This document shows positions 31,111-41,877 of a stretch of DNA of 64,000 bases, piece after piece. The stretch is taken from IMG/VR virus record IMGVR_UViG_3300036799_000043, positions 47,055-111,054 of that record; one strand, 5' to 3'. Origin of the DNA: a virus. The translations under genes were made by a program, and so were the position numbers. The number at the start of each line of letters is the position of its first letter. Position 1 is the first letter of the stretch. The notes under the pieces were generated by a model. That model did not search any database and was not told the origin of the DNA. It worked only from the letters and a program-made list of their open reading frames with translations.

Positions 31111-31285
31111 GAGCGCGATGACAACTCTCGATCAGCGCAGATGTGCTGTGTGCTCGCGAAAGCTCGCAGCGACACACGACGCCAATGAGCCCTTGTGCGC
31201 GACGTGCGCCGAGCTATCGCCAGAGTTTGTCGCGATGAGCGCAAAGCTTGCTGCTCAGCGTGGCATTCCATTTGACGACGAGTAA

Positions 31286-31792
31286 ATGAGTCAAGTGCTG
31301 CTGTATCGCGCTGTTGTGTCAGAGACACTGGTCACAGCGTTCAAGCGTCGAGTGATGTTGCACTTGCGCAGCTATGGACTTGAAGCAGCACGCTACATCG
31401 AGTGGAATCAGAACGCTTGGCCAGAGCTACGCGATTCAACCGAAGCGCTCGCGATTGTCGAGGAAGTCATGTGGGCGACGTACGCGACCGAATCACCAGC
31501 AGTGCAGATAATCTGGCACTTACCCGATGCTGACGCGCAGACGCCGATGTACACACACGTCGATCAAGCTGACGCTGGCATGCAGTTCACGCGCATCATC
31601 GGCGTTGCGCTGAGTGATTGGCGAGCAGCGAACGGCGCACCGTGGTACTTGAGCGACGGCGAGCGCTGCAGTGTCGAGATCAATACGGGTGATATCTACA
31701 GCATGACTCCTGACACGCCGCACAGCGCTGGATTGAACCTGTCCAGTGAAGCTCGATTCGGCATGTACTTACGCTGGCAGAAACCGATGTGA
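31286..31792 (+). CDS. 2OG-Fe(II) oxygenase, PhyH-like
   Basis: HVD...GVALSD..AANGA...GD......HSAGLN.S...R. Confidence 0.75.
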   Translation: MSQVLLYRAVVSETLVTAFKRRVMLHLRSYGLEAARYIEWNQNAWPELRDSTEALAIVEEVMWATYATESPAVQIIWHLPDADAQTPMYTHVDQADAGMQFTRIIGVALSDWRAANGAPWYLSDGERCSVEINTGDIYSMTPDTPHSAGLNLSSEARFGMYLRWQKPM

Positions 31793-31888
31793 CTGACGAT
31801 GCACACAGACTGCACGCGCAGGCTGATTGCGGTGATGCGTACTCAAAAGTGATGCACACCAGTTATGCTCGTATGCAAGAGGAAAGCC

Positions 31889-32401
31889 ATGCCTGATCGC
31901 TTCAACGAAGACATACGACGCAACGCAGTAGATAGAGCACGCGAACTGATCGAAGATCAAGGCTATAGCCAAAATCGCGCGTGCACAGCAGTCGCCGAAG
32001 ACCTCGGCCTCAAGTCGCCACGTACAATCGCGATCTGGGCGGTCGATCTAGAGCAGCCGCTTCCAAGTGGCGCAGATGCACGCGCAAAGACAGCAAAAGC
32101 AACTGCGAGCACGGTCGTGTATCACCAGTTGGAGCGTCTTGGGCTGAGTGATCGAGCGTTCAGGAAGCTCGAAGAACTGCTGCCAAAGATCGTCGAAGCA
32201 GCCGAGATGTGGAAGTGGACGACAGCGTTCGACATCTTGATTGAGAAGCGCAGATTAGAAGAAAACAAGAGCACAGCGAACACGTTCGTTGGTATTCAGT
32301 CGAACGAGCCAAGCACGCTCGACGAGCTAGCAACGGGTACGATCACACGTCAGCCAGCGCTACCGCCGAACGTCTCGCCGCTCGCAAGGAGACAAGCGTG
32401 A
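31889..32401 (+). CDS. HTH protein, possible terminase small subunit
   Basis: N-terminal HTH (ACTAVAEDLGL.SPRTIAIW) plus helical region; upstream of TerL. Confidence 0.45.
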   Translation: MPDRFNEDIRRNAVDRARELIEDQGYSQNRACTAVAEDLGLKSPRTIAIWAVDLEQPLPSGADARAKTAKATASTVVYHQLERLGLSDRAFRKLEELLPKIVEAAEMWKWTTAFDILIEKRRLEENKSTANTFVGIQSNEPSTLDELATGTITRQPALPPNVSPLARRQA

Positions 32402-32622
32402 CACGCGATGCACATCGCATCCAACCGATGCTCGAACGCTTGAGCGCGCTCTGGCAATCAAACCCAGACATGCGCTTGGGACAGATCATCGTCAACGCTG
32501 CGCGAGAGCTACAGCACAGCGATGCGTACTACCTCGAAGACAGCAGCTTGTACTACCTCGAAGATGCAAGTCTGCTCGACGGCATCGAGCTACTCGCGAG
32601 ACGCATTGAGGTAGGTGCATGA
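32398..32622 (+). CDS. DUF1040/YihD-like small protein
   Basis: RDAHRIQPMLERLSALWQSNPDMRLGQII. Confidence 0.65.
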   Translation: MTRDAHRIQPMLERLSALWQSNPDMRLGQIIVNAARELQHSDAYYLEDSSLYYLEDASLLDGIELLARRIEVGA

Positions 32623-33389
32623 AAGTGCGTCACCTCGTCGTGCTGACCGTGTTCTTCGTTGTCTGGACGCTAATTGATCTGCCCTTGTACGTACTGCGCC
32701 GTATGGGCCTTGCTGTGAAGGAATTGGGTGCATGAACGACGACGACGAGAACTACGTCGAGATCGGATTCGAGCTATTCGGTGGAAGGCATGATTGGGGA
32801 CTGTACGGCGCAGCAGCGGACGTTTTCGCACGCGTCTGCATACTCGTCGTCGTATGCCTGCTGATGCTTGCTGGGTATCTGCTGCACTCATGAGCGACGA
32901 GCTACACGTGGGCGAGTTCACGTTGACTGACGCAGACGGCAACGTGCATCACGGGACGCATGGTGTGATCTCTGGCGAAGGCGTGACGCGGCTCGTCACC
33001 GAAGCGCGCTTGCTGCACGTTGCCATCGATGCGCACGGCGTGACGCCCGCGTATGAGGTGCTGCAGTCGCACAACTGTCGAGCAGAGCCGCACTGTACGT
33101 GCGATCACAACTCGTGGTATCACCGCGACACAGATGATGAGGGCATGTCTGGCGCTGCTGAGTGTGGCGCAGACGGTTGTAGCTGCACGAGCTACGACAG
33201 ATGCCACGCGTTCAAGCCGTGAAAGAGCAGATCGAGTTTTGCGAAGCGGTTGTAGCTGATCTGCGGCGACTCTTTCCAGGCTATCTGGTTACGTCAAACT
33301 CACGAAGCGTCAAACTTGGCTCAATACTGACAGTCACGATGACTGCTGAGATTGCACGACGACTGCTCGATAGCCATCAAGCGTCGCTC

Positions 33390-33418
33390 TTGTGCTCCAG
33401 TATTCAGTGCTGTATACT
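33390..33418 (+). promoter_or_regulatory. Promoter/operator copy P14
   Basis: TTGTGC-17-TATACT; AGTATTCAGTGCTGTATACT 20-bp palindrome. Confidence 0.85.
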
Positions 33419-33427
33419 ACGAGAGTC

Positions 33428-33661
33428 ATGAACAACACGAGCGAACGTAACTGCGGCAAGTGCAACGGTAGCGGAACCTTTCTTCACTTCGGTGCATGCT
33501 TCGAGTGCAACGGAACGGGAGTCTCGAAGGCTCGCCGCGTCGCTACTCTTAGCCCGAGCCGTCTTGCTTCGCTAGACGATCTCGAAGCGCGCGAGCAACT
33601 CCGATACGAACTGCTCGCAGACGCCGCCTACCGTGCATACCGTGCCCGACGGGCACGGTAG
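33428..33661 (+). CDS. CxxCxGxG zinc-finger microprotein, leaderless
   Basis: CGKCNGSG...CFECNGTG. Confidence 0.7.
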   Translation: MNNTSERNCGKCNGSGTFLHFGACFECNGTGVSKARRVATLSPSRLASLDDLEAREQLRYELLADAAYRAYRARRAR

Positions 33662-33667
33662 TCGCTA

Positions 33668-33940
33668 ATGCCGCGTCCAATCGATACGCCGTTTGGCGAA
33701 CACTTACGCAAATGGCGCAATGATCGAGCGCTGTCGTCAGACAAGCTCGCTCAACTGCTCGGCGTCCACCCGCGTGCAATCGCCAGACTCGAGGAATTGA
33801 CCATTGAAACCGCCGAGACGCAAGAGATCGAGCAGAAATGTCGCGAGCTACAGCAGAAAATGCACGAGCCGACGCTGCTCAGCGTGTCTGCAGCGCGCTC
33901 GATCTGGGAGCTAGAACGCATGAAATTGACACGCGTGTAA
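33668..33940 (+). CDS. XRE-family HTH transcriptional regulator
   Basis: FGEHLRKWRNDRALSSDKLAQLLGVHPRAIARLE. Confidence 0.82.
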   Translation: MPRPIDTPFGEHLRKWRNDRALSSDKLAQLLGVHPRAIARLEELTIETAETQEIEQKCRELQQKMHEPTLLSVSAARSIWELERMKLTRV

Positions 33941-34339
33941 GACTTTTGGCACATGGCAATGACGGATTCGACACGATCCGTCGAAAATCCTCGGGTTACA
34001 GGCGGTCAGTGTCGAAACACACGTGCCAATGTATGTTGCCAAACTTACACGCCAGTCAGACTTGACGAATACGCGATACTGAGCGCGTGATAGCACACAT
34101 GTTCGCTCGCAGCGTGCTCGACACGTCACCCACGTATCTCGATCCCTCTTGTCGTTGCGGTGAGAAGTTCAGTCGCCACATGATGCCTGCACACGAGATG
34201 GGAGTAGATGATCGCGACGTGCCCGTACGCACGCGCGTGAGAGTCGAGCGTATCGCACGTCAGATCAATACGCCAAGTGCCATCGACGGCATCGGCAACT
34301 TCGTCTCGTGGGATGATATCGACTGGCTCGTCAAAGAGC

Positions 34340-34367
34340 TTCGCAAGCGCACGTAGTGCTGTATACT
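34340..34367 (+). promoter_or_regulatory. Degenerate promoter/operator copy P15
   Basis: AGTGCTGTATACT then CACGACGAAGGAG leader. Confidence 0.6.
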
Positions 34368-34393
34368 AAGCAGAGCACGACGAAGGAGCACTT

Positions 34394-36750
34394 ATGGACT
34401 ATCCCAACGACATGGAGCTACGTGATGGTGACTCGCTTGAGTTTACCGTCCAGATCAGTGACGGACAGCCTGTCACGCTACAGAGCATGCGCAAGCTCGT
34501 GCGGCGGGTTCGCACCGGGCAGACACCGCTGTTTGCCACGACTGACAGCGCACCAGTTATGACTGAGCTACACAAGCTCTGGGGTACTGCTCGACGCCCA
34601 GCAAGGCCACCTAAATGACACAACTCAAGCCATCTGACATTGAGGCGTGGCCCTGATGATCGTCACGTGTCACCTCGCACGAGACGAGATTGGCGACACA
34701 CTCGTCGACACTGTCGACGTGGTGAGCAACTCCATGCGCGGCAGCTTGTCGCCGCGTACTGTCGAGCGCTGGTTGCTCGCACAGCACTACGATGGTGGGC
34801 GATACGAGACGATGGTTTGCATCGGTAGCAATGAGCCATCGTTGTATCGCACAAGGACATGGCAGGCCGCGCTGTGCTGTCACCGATGGTGGATGCGATA
34901 CGCAGAGCAGCGACGCATCAATGTGATATGGCCTGCAACTTACATGGCGTTGTCAAAATGACGTTCGGCGGTGAGCACTCGACGCACCGCACGTTCTATC
35001 TGCGGCGCTATCCAGACCACTGGACGGTTGAGAACGTCAATGATCCTGTCGCACCGCTCAGCGACAATGACCAGTTTCGACTGATCGAGCAAGCACTGCA
35101 TGCCTGGCCTGCAGAGACGTGGATCGCAGTGCAAGTGCCGTGGAGGCTAAACCCGCGCATTGCACCCTGGAAGTCAGTCACGATGTCACTGCGAGGCAGG
35201 GAAGGCTGGCGCGTCGAGCGACTATATGACACTGGCGCAGAGGTCCAACCGAGTGACAGGCAGTTTGAGCTTGTCGTCGCATCGGTCATTATCATGCCAG
35301 AACACTACGACAGATCGCTCAACATCAACGAGCCAATGCGCGTGTTGACGCAGAGCATGCGTCTCCTGTCAGAGACGCTCGACGTGCTCAGCGCGCACAC
35401 GTCGACGCGCGGTGTGGCGGAAGCGGTGGTGCTGCGATGACAGCCGTAAGCTGCATAGATATGGCGCACGTCCCATGCGACGAGTGCGGCGGCTTTCACC
35501 CGCCAATGTGGAGTCACAAGTTTGCGCCGTGTTGCAACCTAGACGCGCAAGCTCGTCAGCACTCGCGTGATCGCGCCATAGCCGTTCTGGAGACACAGAC
35601 AGCGGGCGATACGCCGCAGACTGAGCGCAACATGACACTGCGCGAGCGCATACGTGTAGCAGAGGCAACGCGCAACGTTGACCGTGTCGGGCGTGTCGAG
35701 ATACGTCAGACGCAGGACGGCACTGTTGTTGAGTCGCTATGGCTCAACGGCGTCGATCTGTTCAAGTGGTTCGGCACTGCCTGTCTGCACGATCTGACAG
35801 TGCACGTTCGACTGGAGGTCGTCGACGAATGAGCCGCTTTGAGTACGACGACTACGACTCGACGATCACCCAAGAAATGTGGCAGCACAACGTCGATCTC
35901 GCATTGCGCGGTCGCAAAGGCCAGAAAGCACTACGTGAGCTACTGCTGGCGCTCGACGCTGTACCTGGTCACCGCCTGATACGTGACTATCTCGTCAATC
36001 CCGAGCAGGGCGAAGCGTGTGCAGTTGGCGCATGGCTTGCGTACAAACGCATTGCTAGTGGTCAGACAACCGACTGGAATGACACGCTGCGCGCGCTGTA
36101 TCAGCAGTATGGCGAGACAGAGGGCTGGGAAACCGGTGACATCGGCCGCAGAGAGCTTCGCGTCACAGGCACGCTCGCGCAGCACATTGCATATCGCAAC
36201 GACGACTATTACCGCTCAGCGACGACGCCCGAGCAGCTATGGCAAGCGACGTACGACTGGGTACGGTCGCAGATCGTCGACTGATGCACCGCTTCAAGCG
36301 CGACACCGCTGACACGTGCGAGTGTGGTCAGCCACCGTGCGTTGCGCAGCACGAGGACAATTTCAGATTGCCGCACGTGCTCTTTGGCTATTCTGCAAGC
36401 CTGTTCGATACGCGCTATCTCGTCGTGCGCTGCAAGTGTGGCGCAGAGGCGCGTTACGACACTCAGTGGGGTACGGTGATTGCTGGTGCTACAGGCAACT
36501 GGCGATCTGTCGAGACAGCACTGCAGGAAGCCTCATGACACAGCCACTTGACGCTCGCACGTGCCCGAAGTGCAAGCGGCCGAAGTCGCCTACTGCAGTT
36601 GCGGGTAAGTGCTATCACTGCTCGACAGGCAAGAGCATTCGACTTGACGCTGTGACGCGCGTCGAGCAGCCTGTCAGTGTGATTCGCTTACAAGACAGAC
36701 TGCGCATGCGCGCGAAGCAAGACAGCGCTGAGCGCCTTCCTGCGACGTAA
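34394..36750 (+). other. Small hypothetical CDS cluster (34394-34618, 34647-34961, 34958-35440, 35437-35832, 35829-36284, 36284-36538, 36535-36750)
   Basis: Coupled ORFs. Confidence 0.55.
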
Positions 36751-37376
36751 TGCCGTACGCGTGCTACTGGCTCGAACCGACGCACAAAGCGTACGTGTCA
36801 CTTCGCCGCTACACATACCACGACGACAAGCCGTGTCCCAGTACTGACTGGGGACATGACGCTGAGACGCGTATCGAGGACGAACCAGCGCAGATCGTCG
36901 ACGGCATACTCAGAGTCGACGATGCGTCGACGTTCGCGAGCGATGCACGCTGGCCGACACAGTGCACAGCGTGCGGGTATGCGTTCGACGCTGACGACCA
37001 TCAGACCGTCATGCACCACTTGATCTACACGCGCAGTGACACTGGCGATGAGATGCTGCTGCGCGACGCGACGCCGGGTGCTGTGTGGGACGCGCCCTGG
37101 ATGGGTGTCTTCTACAGAGGCCCTGATGAGCGCTGCGTCGTCGTCATGACGCCAGGGCATGAGTGGTTCGTCGACTCGCGTGCTGCGAATTGCGGCTCAC
37201 CTGACGACAAATGGGACTCCCCAGGGCACCATTACTGTTGGGTGCGTCACGGTGATCCAACACACCCTGAGACACTGCACGTCGACAAGAATGGGCATAC
37301 GTGCGCTGCCGGTGCTGGCTCGATTCAGGCAGGCAACTATCACGGCTTTCTGCACAATGGGCAACTGACAGACTGA
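36750..37376 (+). CDS. Cys/His-rich hypothetical protein (DUF6527-like C-terminus)
   Basis: CWVRHG...GAGSIQAGNYHGFLHNGQL. Confidence 0.6.
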   Translation: MPYACYWLEPTHKAYVSLRRYTYHDDKPCPSTDWGHDAETRIEDEPAQIVDGILRVDDASTFASDARWPTQCTACGYAFDADDHQTVMHHLIYTRSDTGDEMLLRDATPGAVWDAPWMGVFYRGPDERCVVVMTPGHEWFVDSRAANCGSPDDKWDSPGHHYCWVRHGDPTHPETLHVDKNGHTCAAGAGSIQAGNYHGFLHNGQLTD

Positions 37377-37377
37377 G

Positions 37378-37722
37378 ATGTTCCAGAAGTTCTCGACGTA
37401 CGTCAGCGCTGTCACTGGTAGCCCGTACGCGTTCGTTGCTTCTGTCGCAATCGTCGTGCTCTGGGCACTGTCTGGACCGTTGTTTCACTTCTCGGATACG
37501 TGGCAGCTTGTTATCAACACGGGCACGACGGTTATCACGTTCCTGATGGTGTTCTTGATTCAGAACAGCCAGAATCGTGACGTACGTGCATTACACTTGA
37601 AGCTCGACGAATTGCTACACGCGCAGCCACAAGCACAGGACATCTTTATGCACATCGAGACCGCTGACGCTGCACATCTCGACGAGCTTGAGGCGGCACT
37701 CGCTCGACGACGTAATGCCTGA
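37378..37722 (+). CDS. Low-affinity iron permease (Fet4-like) family protein
   Basis: GP.FHFSDTWQLVINTGTTVITFLMVFLIQNSQNRD..ALHLKLDEL. Confidence 0.9.
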   Translation: MFQKFSTYVSAVTGSPYAFVASVAIVVLWALSGPLFHFSDTWQLVINTGTTVITFLMVFLIQNSQNRDVRALHLKLDELLHAQPQAQDIFMHIETADAAHLDELEAALARRRNA

Positions 37723-38081
37723 ATACGCAATGCCGTCGAGCGGCGACGACGATGCTGATCGCGCAGCGCTTGAGGCGTTCAAGCAACGCCAACTACTGCT
37801 CGCAGAAGGTCTATGCCCGAACGTGCAGCAGCATGGGCCTGTTGCGCTCGAACAGATCGCGTCGAACGTACGTGAGTGCCCAAAGTGTGGGTTTACGCAC
37901 ACGTCCATACCGATCAGTGCTGAGTGACAAACTCACTGTTATTGCCAAGTTTGTGCTCGTGGCGCTACTCGCTGCCGCACTGTTCGCACCTACGCGCGAC
38001 GCTCGTATACAACTGCTGCTGATACTGATCGGCGTGTCTATCTTCTGCATCGTCGTCGAGCACTACACGCGCGAGTGACGC

Positions 38082-39731
38082 ATGGTAGTCGAGCAGTACG
38101 CGCCCGATGATGGGGGTTTCGACCGACTCTCGCTGCTCGAACAGCTTGAAGCTGACTACGCGTGGTGGCTCTGGCGACTGTTCCCGCAGTACTTCACAGA
38201 CGAATCTGGCAACGTCATTCCAATGGCAGACCATCACCACGACGCGTGGGAGTGGTTCTGGGAAATGCCAGATGCACGCCCGCGTCCGCTGATCTTCTTG
38301 CTGCCGCGTGGTGGCGGAAAGTCGACGACTGTTGAGCTTGGCGTGGTGTCGCTCGGCTGTCGCAACAAACGCAACTACGTGCTGTACGTGTCAGCGACGC
38401 AAGAGCAAGCTGACGATCACGTCACGAGCATTGGCGCGATGCTCGAATCACGCCGTCTAGAGATCGCGTACCCACAGATGTCAGATCGCTATGTCAACAA
38501 GTACGGCTCATCGAGAGGTTGGCGGCGAGATCGTCTGTGGACGAAAACGGGCTTTGTAATCGATGCGCTCGGACTCGACACTGCGAGTCGTGGCGTAAAA
38601 CTCGAGGATCGACGCCCAGACGTGATCGTGTTCGACGACATCGATGAGGATGGAGATACCGACAAAGAAGTGCGCAAGAAGGTGCGCATCATCACTCGTC
38701 GCTTACTGCCTGCTGCTGCGTCAGGTGGTAACACCGCAATAATCTTCTGTCAGAACCTCGTGCATGAGCGTTCGATAGCTGCTCTGCTGTGCAACCGCCA
38801 CCCTGATCCCAAGGGTGCGCAGCTTGACGACTTTCTCGTTGACAGACGCGTGATTGGTCCGATACCTGCTGTGCGCGACGCGGACGTACGCTTTCAGAAT
38901 AACCACTTTGAGCTAATCGCTGGCGAAGCGACATGGGCCGGTCAGTCGATTGAGGTCAATCAACGTCTGATCGATACAGACGGCTACTCGTCGTGGAAGC
39001 AAGAGCGTCAGCACGACGTAGAACCACCCGCTGGCGGCATGTTCTCGCATCTCGACTTTGAGGCTATGACTGTCGAGATGGCTGACGTACCGCCACTCGT
39101 GCGTATCGTCGGTGCGCTCGATCCCGCGGTGACGAATACAGACGACAGTGACTCTATGGCGCTGCAATTCGACGGCATTGGTGTCGACGACTGCATCTAT
39201 CGTCTGTGGTCGTGGGAGCAGCGTTCGACACCTGAGACAGCGATGGAGCTAGGCCTGCGGCGCTGCGTTCACTTCGGCGCAGATGCGCTCATCATCGAGA
39301 CAGATCAGGGCGGTGATCTGTGGCTAGAGAAAGCACCAGAGACATGGCTGCATCTCATCGCGAAGTGTGACGGTCGCGAGACAGATCAAGACTTTGCACC
39401 GCACTCAACAGCAGACGCGTGTCCGTATCTCGTGCACATCACTGAGAACTCGATCTTTCCAAGCGTGATCGGTATGAAAGCTGGCTCGACGCAGATGCCA
39501 AAAGCGCACCGTGCGTCACTCATGCTGCAGGACTACGAACGCCCGAATCAGATACGTCACGTGCGCAGTGGCACACATCAGGTGCTACGTGCTGCGCTGA
39601 ATCGCTTTCCGAAAACGAAGCCCCTGGACCTGACCGATGCCTCATTCTGGGCATGGAACGAACTGCGCAATCCGTCTGTCGTGCCGAGCTTCGTGCTGCA
39701 AGCTGCAGTCAGCGGGTGGTCACCGCGCTGA
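38082..39731 (+). CDS. terL: Terminase large subunit
   Basis: LPRGGGKST Walker A, VIVFDDID Walker B, GALDPA nuclease motif, DLTDA. Confidence 0.92.
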   Translation: MVVEQYAPDDGGFDRLSLLEQLEADYAWWLWRLFPQYFTDESGNVIPMADHHHDAWEWFWEMPDARPRPLIFLLPRGGGKSTTVELGVVSLGCRNKRNYVLYVSATQEQADDHVTSIGAMLESRRLEIAYPQMSDRYVNKYGSSRGWRRDRLWTKTGFVIDALGLDTASRGVKLEDRRPDVIVFDDIDEDGDTDKEVRKKVRIITRRLLPAAASGGNTAIIFCQNLVHERSIAALLCNRHPDPKGAQLDDFLVDRRVIGPIPAVRDADVRFQNNHFELIAGEATWAGQSIEVNQRLIDTDGYSSWKQERQHDVEPPAGGMFSHLDFEAMTVEMADVPPLVRIVGALDPAVTNTDDSDSMALQFDGIGVDDCIYRLWSWEQRSTPETAMELGLRRCVHFGADALIIETDQGGDLWLEKAPETWLHLIAKCDGRETDQDFAPHSTADACPYLVHITENSIFPSVIGMKAGSTQMPKAHRASLMLQDYERPNQIRHVRSGTHQVLRAALNRFPKTKPLDLTDASFWAWNELRNPSVVPSFVLQAAVSGWSPR

Positions 39732-39793
39732 TATACTGCGCACGCGACTGGCCTTGTCCAGGTATCCCCTGGCAGATTCCGGCCGCTTAGGGG

Positions 39794-39832
39794 TCTTGAG
39801 CTTGCTGGGATCGCACGGCTCAAGACACCTTC
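39794..39832. terminator. Hairpin between convergent terL and minus-strand cassette
   Basis: GTCTTGAGC...GCTCAAGAC. Confidence 0.55.
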
Positions 39833-41846
39833 TTTGTGTAGACTCGACTCGCGATACGTGAATTGTGTGCGATGCACCTGTCACGTACTTCGCGCTCAGC
39901 TTGCATGTCTTGCTCTGTTTGCACGCGTAGAAATGGTCTGCCATTGACCCACTGCACGCGTACAGCACGCTTACCGTCGACAAGCACGTCAACCCAAGTG
40001 GCGCCACCGTATTGTTGCTCTGCTTCTGGCTCGTACTGCAGTGTGACGTTGGGCATGTTAGTTCCTTTCTGAGCGCGCATAGCGTAGGTGAGATAGCAGT
40101 ACGTCGTGCGTCTCATGCGGTGCTCGCGTCGAAGGCACGTACAGCGTGTCCTGACTGACGCATAGCGCCCGAGCACGCTCTGCTGACACAGATAGTGGTT
40201 GCCGACTGCGCAGTAGATACATTCCATTATGGTTTCTCATCTGCTGCGAAACACGCTCGACACAGTTGTTGTACGCCGTGTTTCTCAATCATCATTCGGT
40301 ACGCAGCTTTCACCACGTCGAGCATTGCATCGTTGGTCAGATCACTCGTCGATCCCTCACCATGCGCGATGTAATCAACTGTGATTGGTTGATCGCAACG
40401 CGTACAGTTTAGCCCGACTGCAACGTCAGATAAGCCAGCATTGTTCATACTGGCATCGCCCAGACTTTGTTGGGTTCAGCGGGGTTGTACGACGCAACAT
40501 CGAGACGCAGGTTCGAGCGCGTCAGCAACACTTCTCGCCAATCTTTTTTCTCGATCTCGTGAGTGCAGACGTACCAGTGTGTCGGGTCGCCGCCTGTGCG
40601 CGCGAGAATGACGTACCACTGACGCTTGATGTGCTGTTTACGTGCGAACTCTGGCCACGGCATTGCATTGACGTTGACAGTGAAGCGCACTGCGAGCTTG
40701 TCGAGACTCGGGTGAGTCCACTTCGCACCGCTCGTCGCGAGATCAGCCTGACGCGTCAACCACACGACATCCGGCCCTGCATGCTGCTTGAGCAGGTCGA
40801 CGTTACTGTCTGTCAGTGTGAGCTTTTGATCGTGCAAGATGTTCGGCAGATGCAGGACTGACGTGTAGTGGTAGAGCCTCACGTTGCCCACCGCTTTTGT
40901 TCGCTGACGATCTCAACGGCGATACGCATGCGCACCGCACGCTGCGAGCCATTGCCTTCTGAGAAGTAGGTGTACATGCTGCTGCGCCCTTGCTCGCGCT
41001 GCATGATCTCGACATCTTGCGGTAGCAAGTCGATAAACAATTCGCCGTTGATGTCTCTAACGCGCATTGGCGTTTCTCCCTTCAATGATGCACAGTGCTG
41101 GATCGATGTATTCGAGCATCTCTGCGTCTGCCCGAGGCAGCCAATTTTGAGCGTGCTGCGCGCAGTAGAACGCGCCTTCGCCGTTCAGCATGTTGTGTGC
41201 GCGCGACAGCACGCGATAGTCACCTCGTACGCCGCCGCACAGCTTGCAGGCATTGCCGACGAGTGCGCCACGTGCATTCGTGCTCGCGCGCGGTAGGTCG
41301 ATCTGCACGCGCGCGAAGTCCGCGTCCGTGTACACGATGCGCTGATCGGTGCGAGTCGGCAGAATGACGCTCATGCGCATGCCTCCAGTTCGTGTCGACG
41401 CATGTAGCCCCAGTTGCGTCGACGATCTCGTTCTGACTGCTGTCCCTTGCCGGTGCACTGATAGCAGATGCCCCACGTGCCCTTGCGTTCGTTGACGTAT
41501 TCGCCGCTACCGTCGCACTTGTCGCAATGCGTCCACGTCGATTGATCGCCGTCGAGCTTGCGTATCTCGTCGATTGTCTGCTCGATCTGTCGCTTGTCGT
41601 ACTTGAAGCTCGGCGAACGCATCGCCATATCGAACATGCTGTCCTGAATCTGGCGACGCTGCATCGCGTACGGGTCAGTCGGGTAGCTCATCGCTGGCCT
41701 CGCACGTGATTGGTGACGCCACGGCAAAATGCGCATTGATCTTTTGCGAAAGCTGCGATCACGCGTGGGGTGAGTGCATACAGTCGATGGCCGCATGCGT
41801 AACGCGGTCCTTCGGGTGGTCGAGTCTTCGGGCGGTTCTTGCTCAT
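39820..41846 (-). other. Minus-strand cassette of small genes between terL and portal (41688-41846, 41371-41691, 41057-41374, 40879-41067, 40445-40891, 40227-40448, 39820-40056)
   Basis: Coupled minus-strand ORFs downstream of promoter P16. Confidence 0.7.
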
Positions 41847-41877
41847 CTGCTTGCTCTCTCTCGCTCGTGTTGAACAC

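Larger units (their letters stand above)
29920..31285 (+). other. Short early genes (29920-30300, 30366-30584, 30608-30850, 30843-31046, 31118-31285)
   Basis: Leaderless or SD-led ORFs behind repeated promoters. Confidence 0.65.

Noticed and set aside
31889-32401. IS3-family transposase OrfA
   Set aside because: HTH resembles it, but there is no DDE OrfB or terminal inverted repeats.
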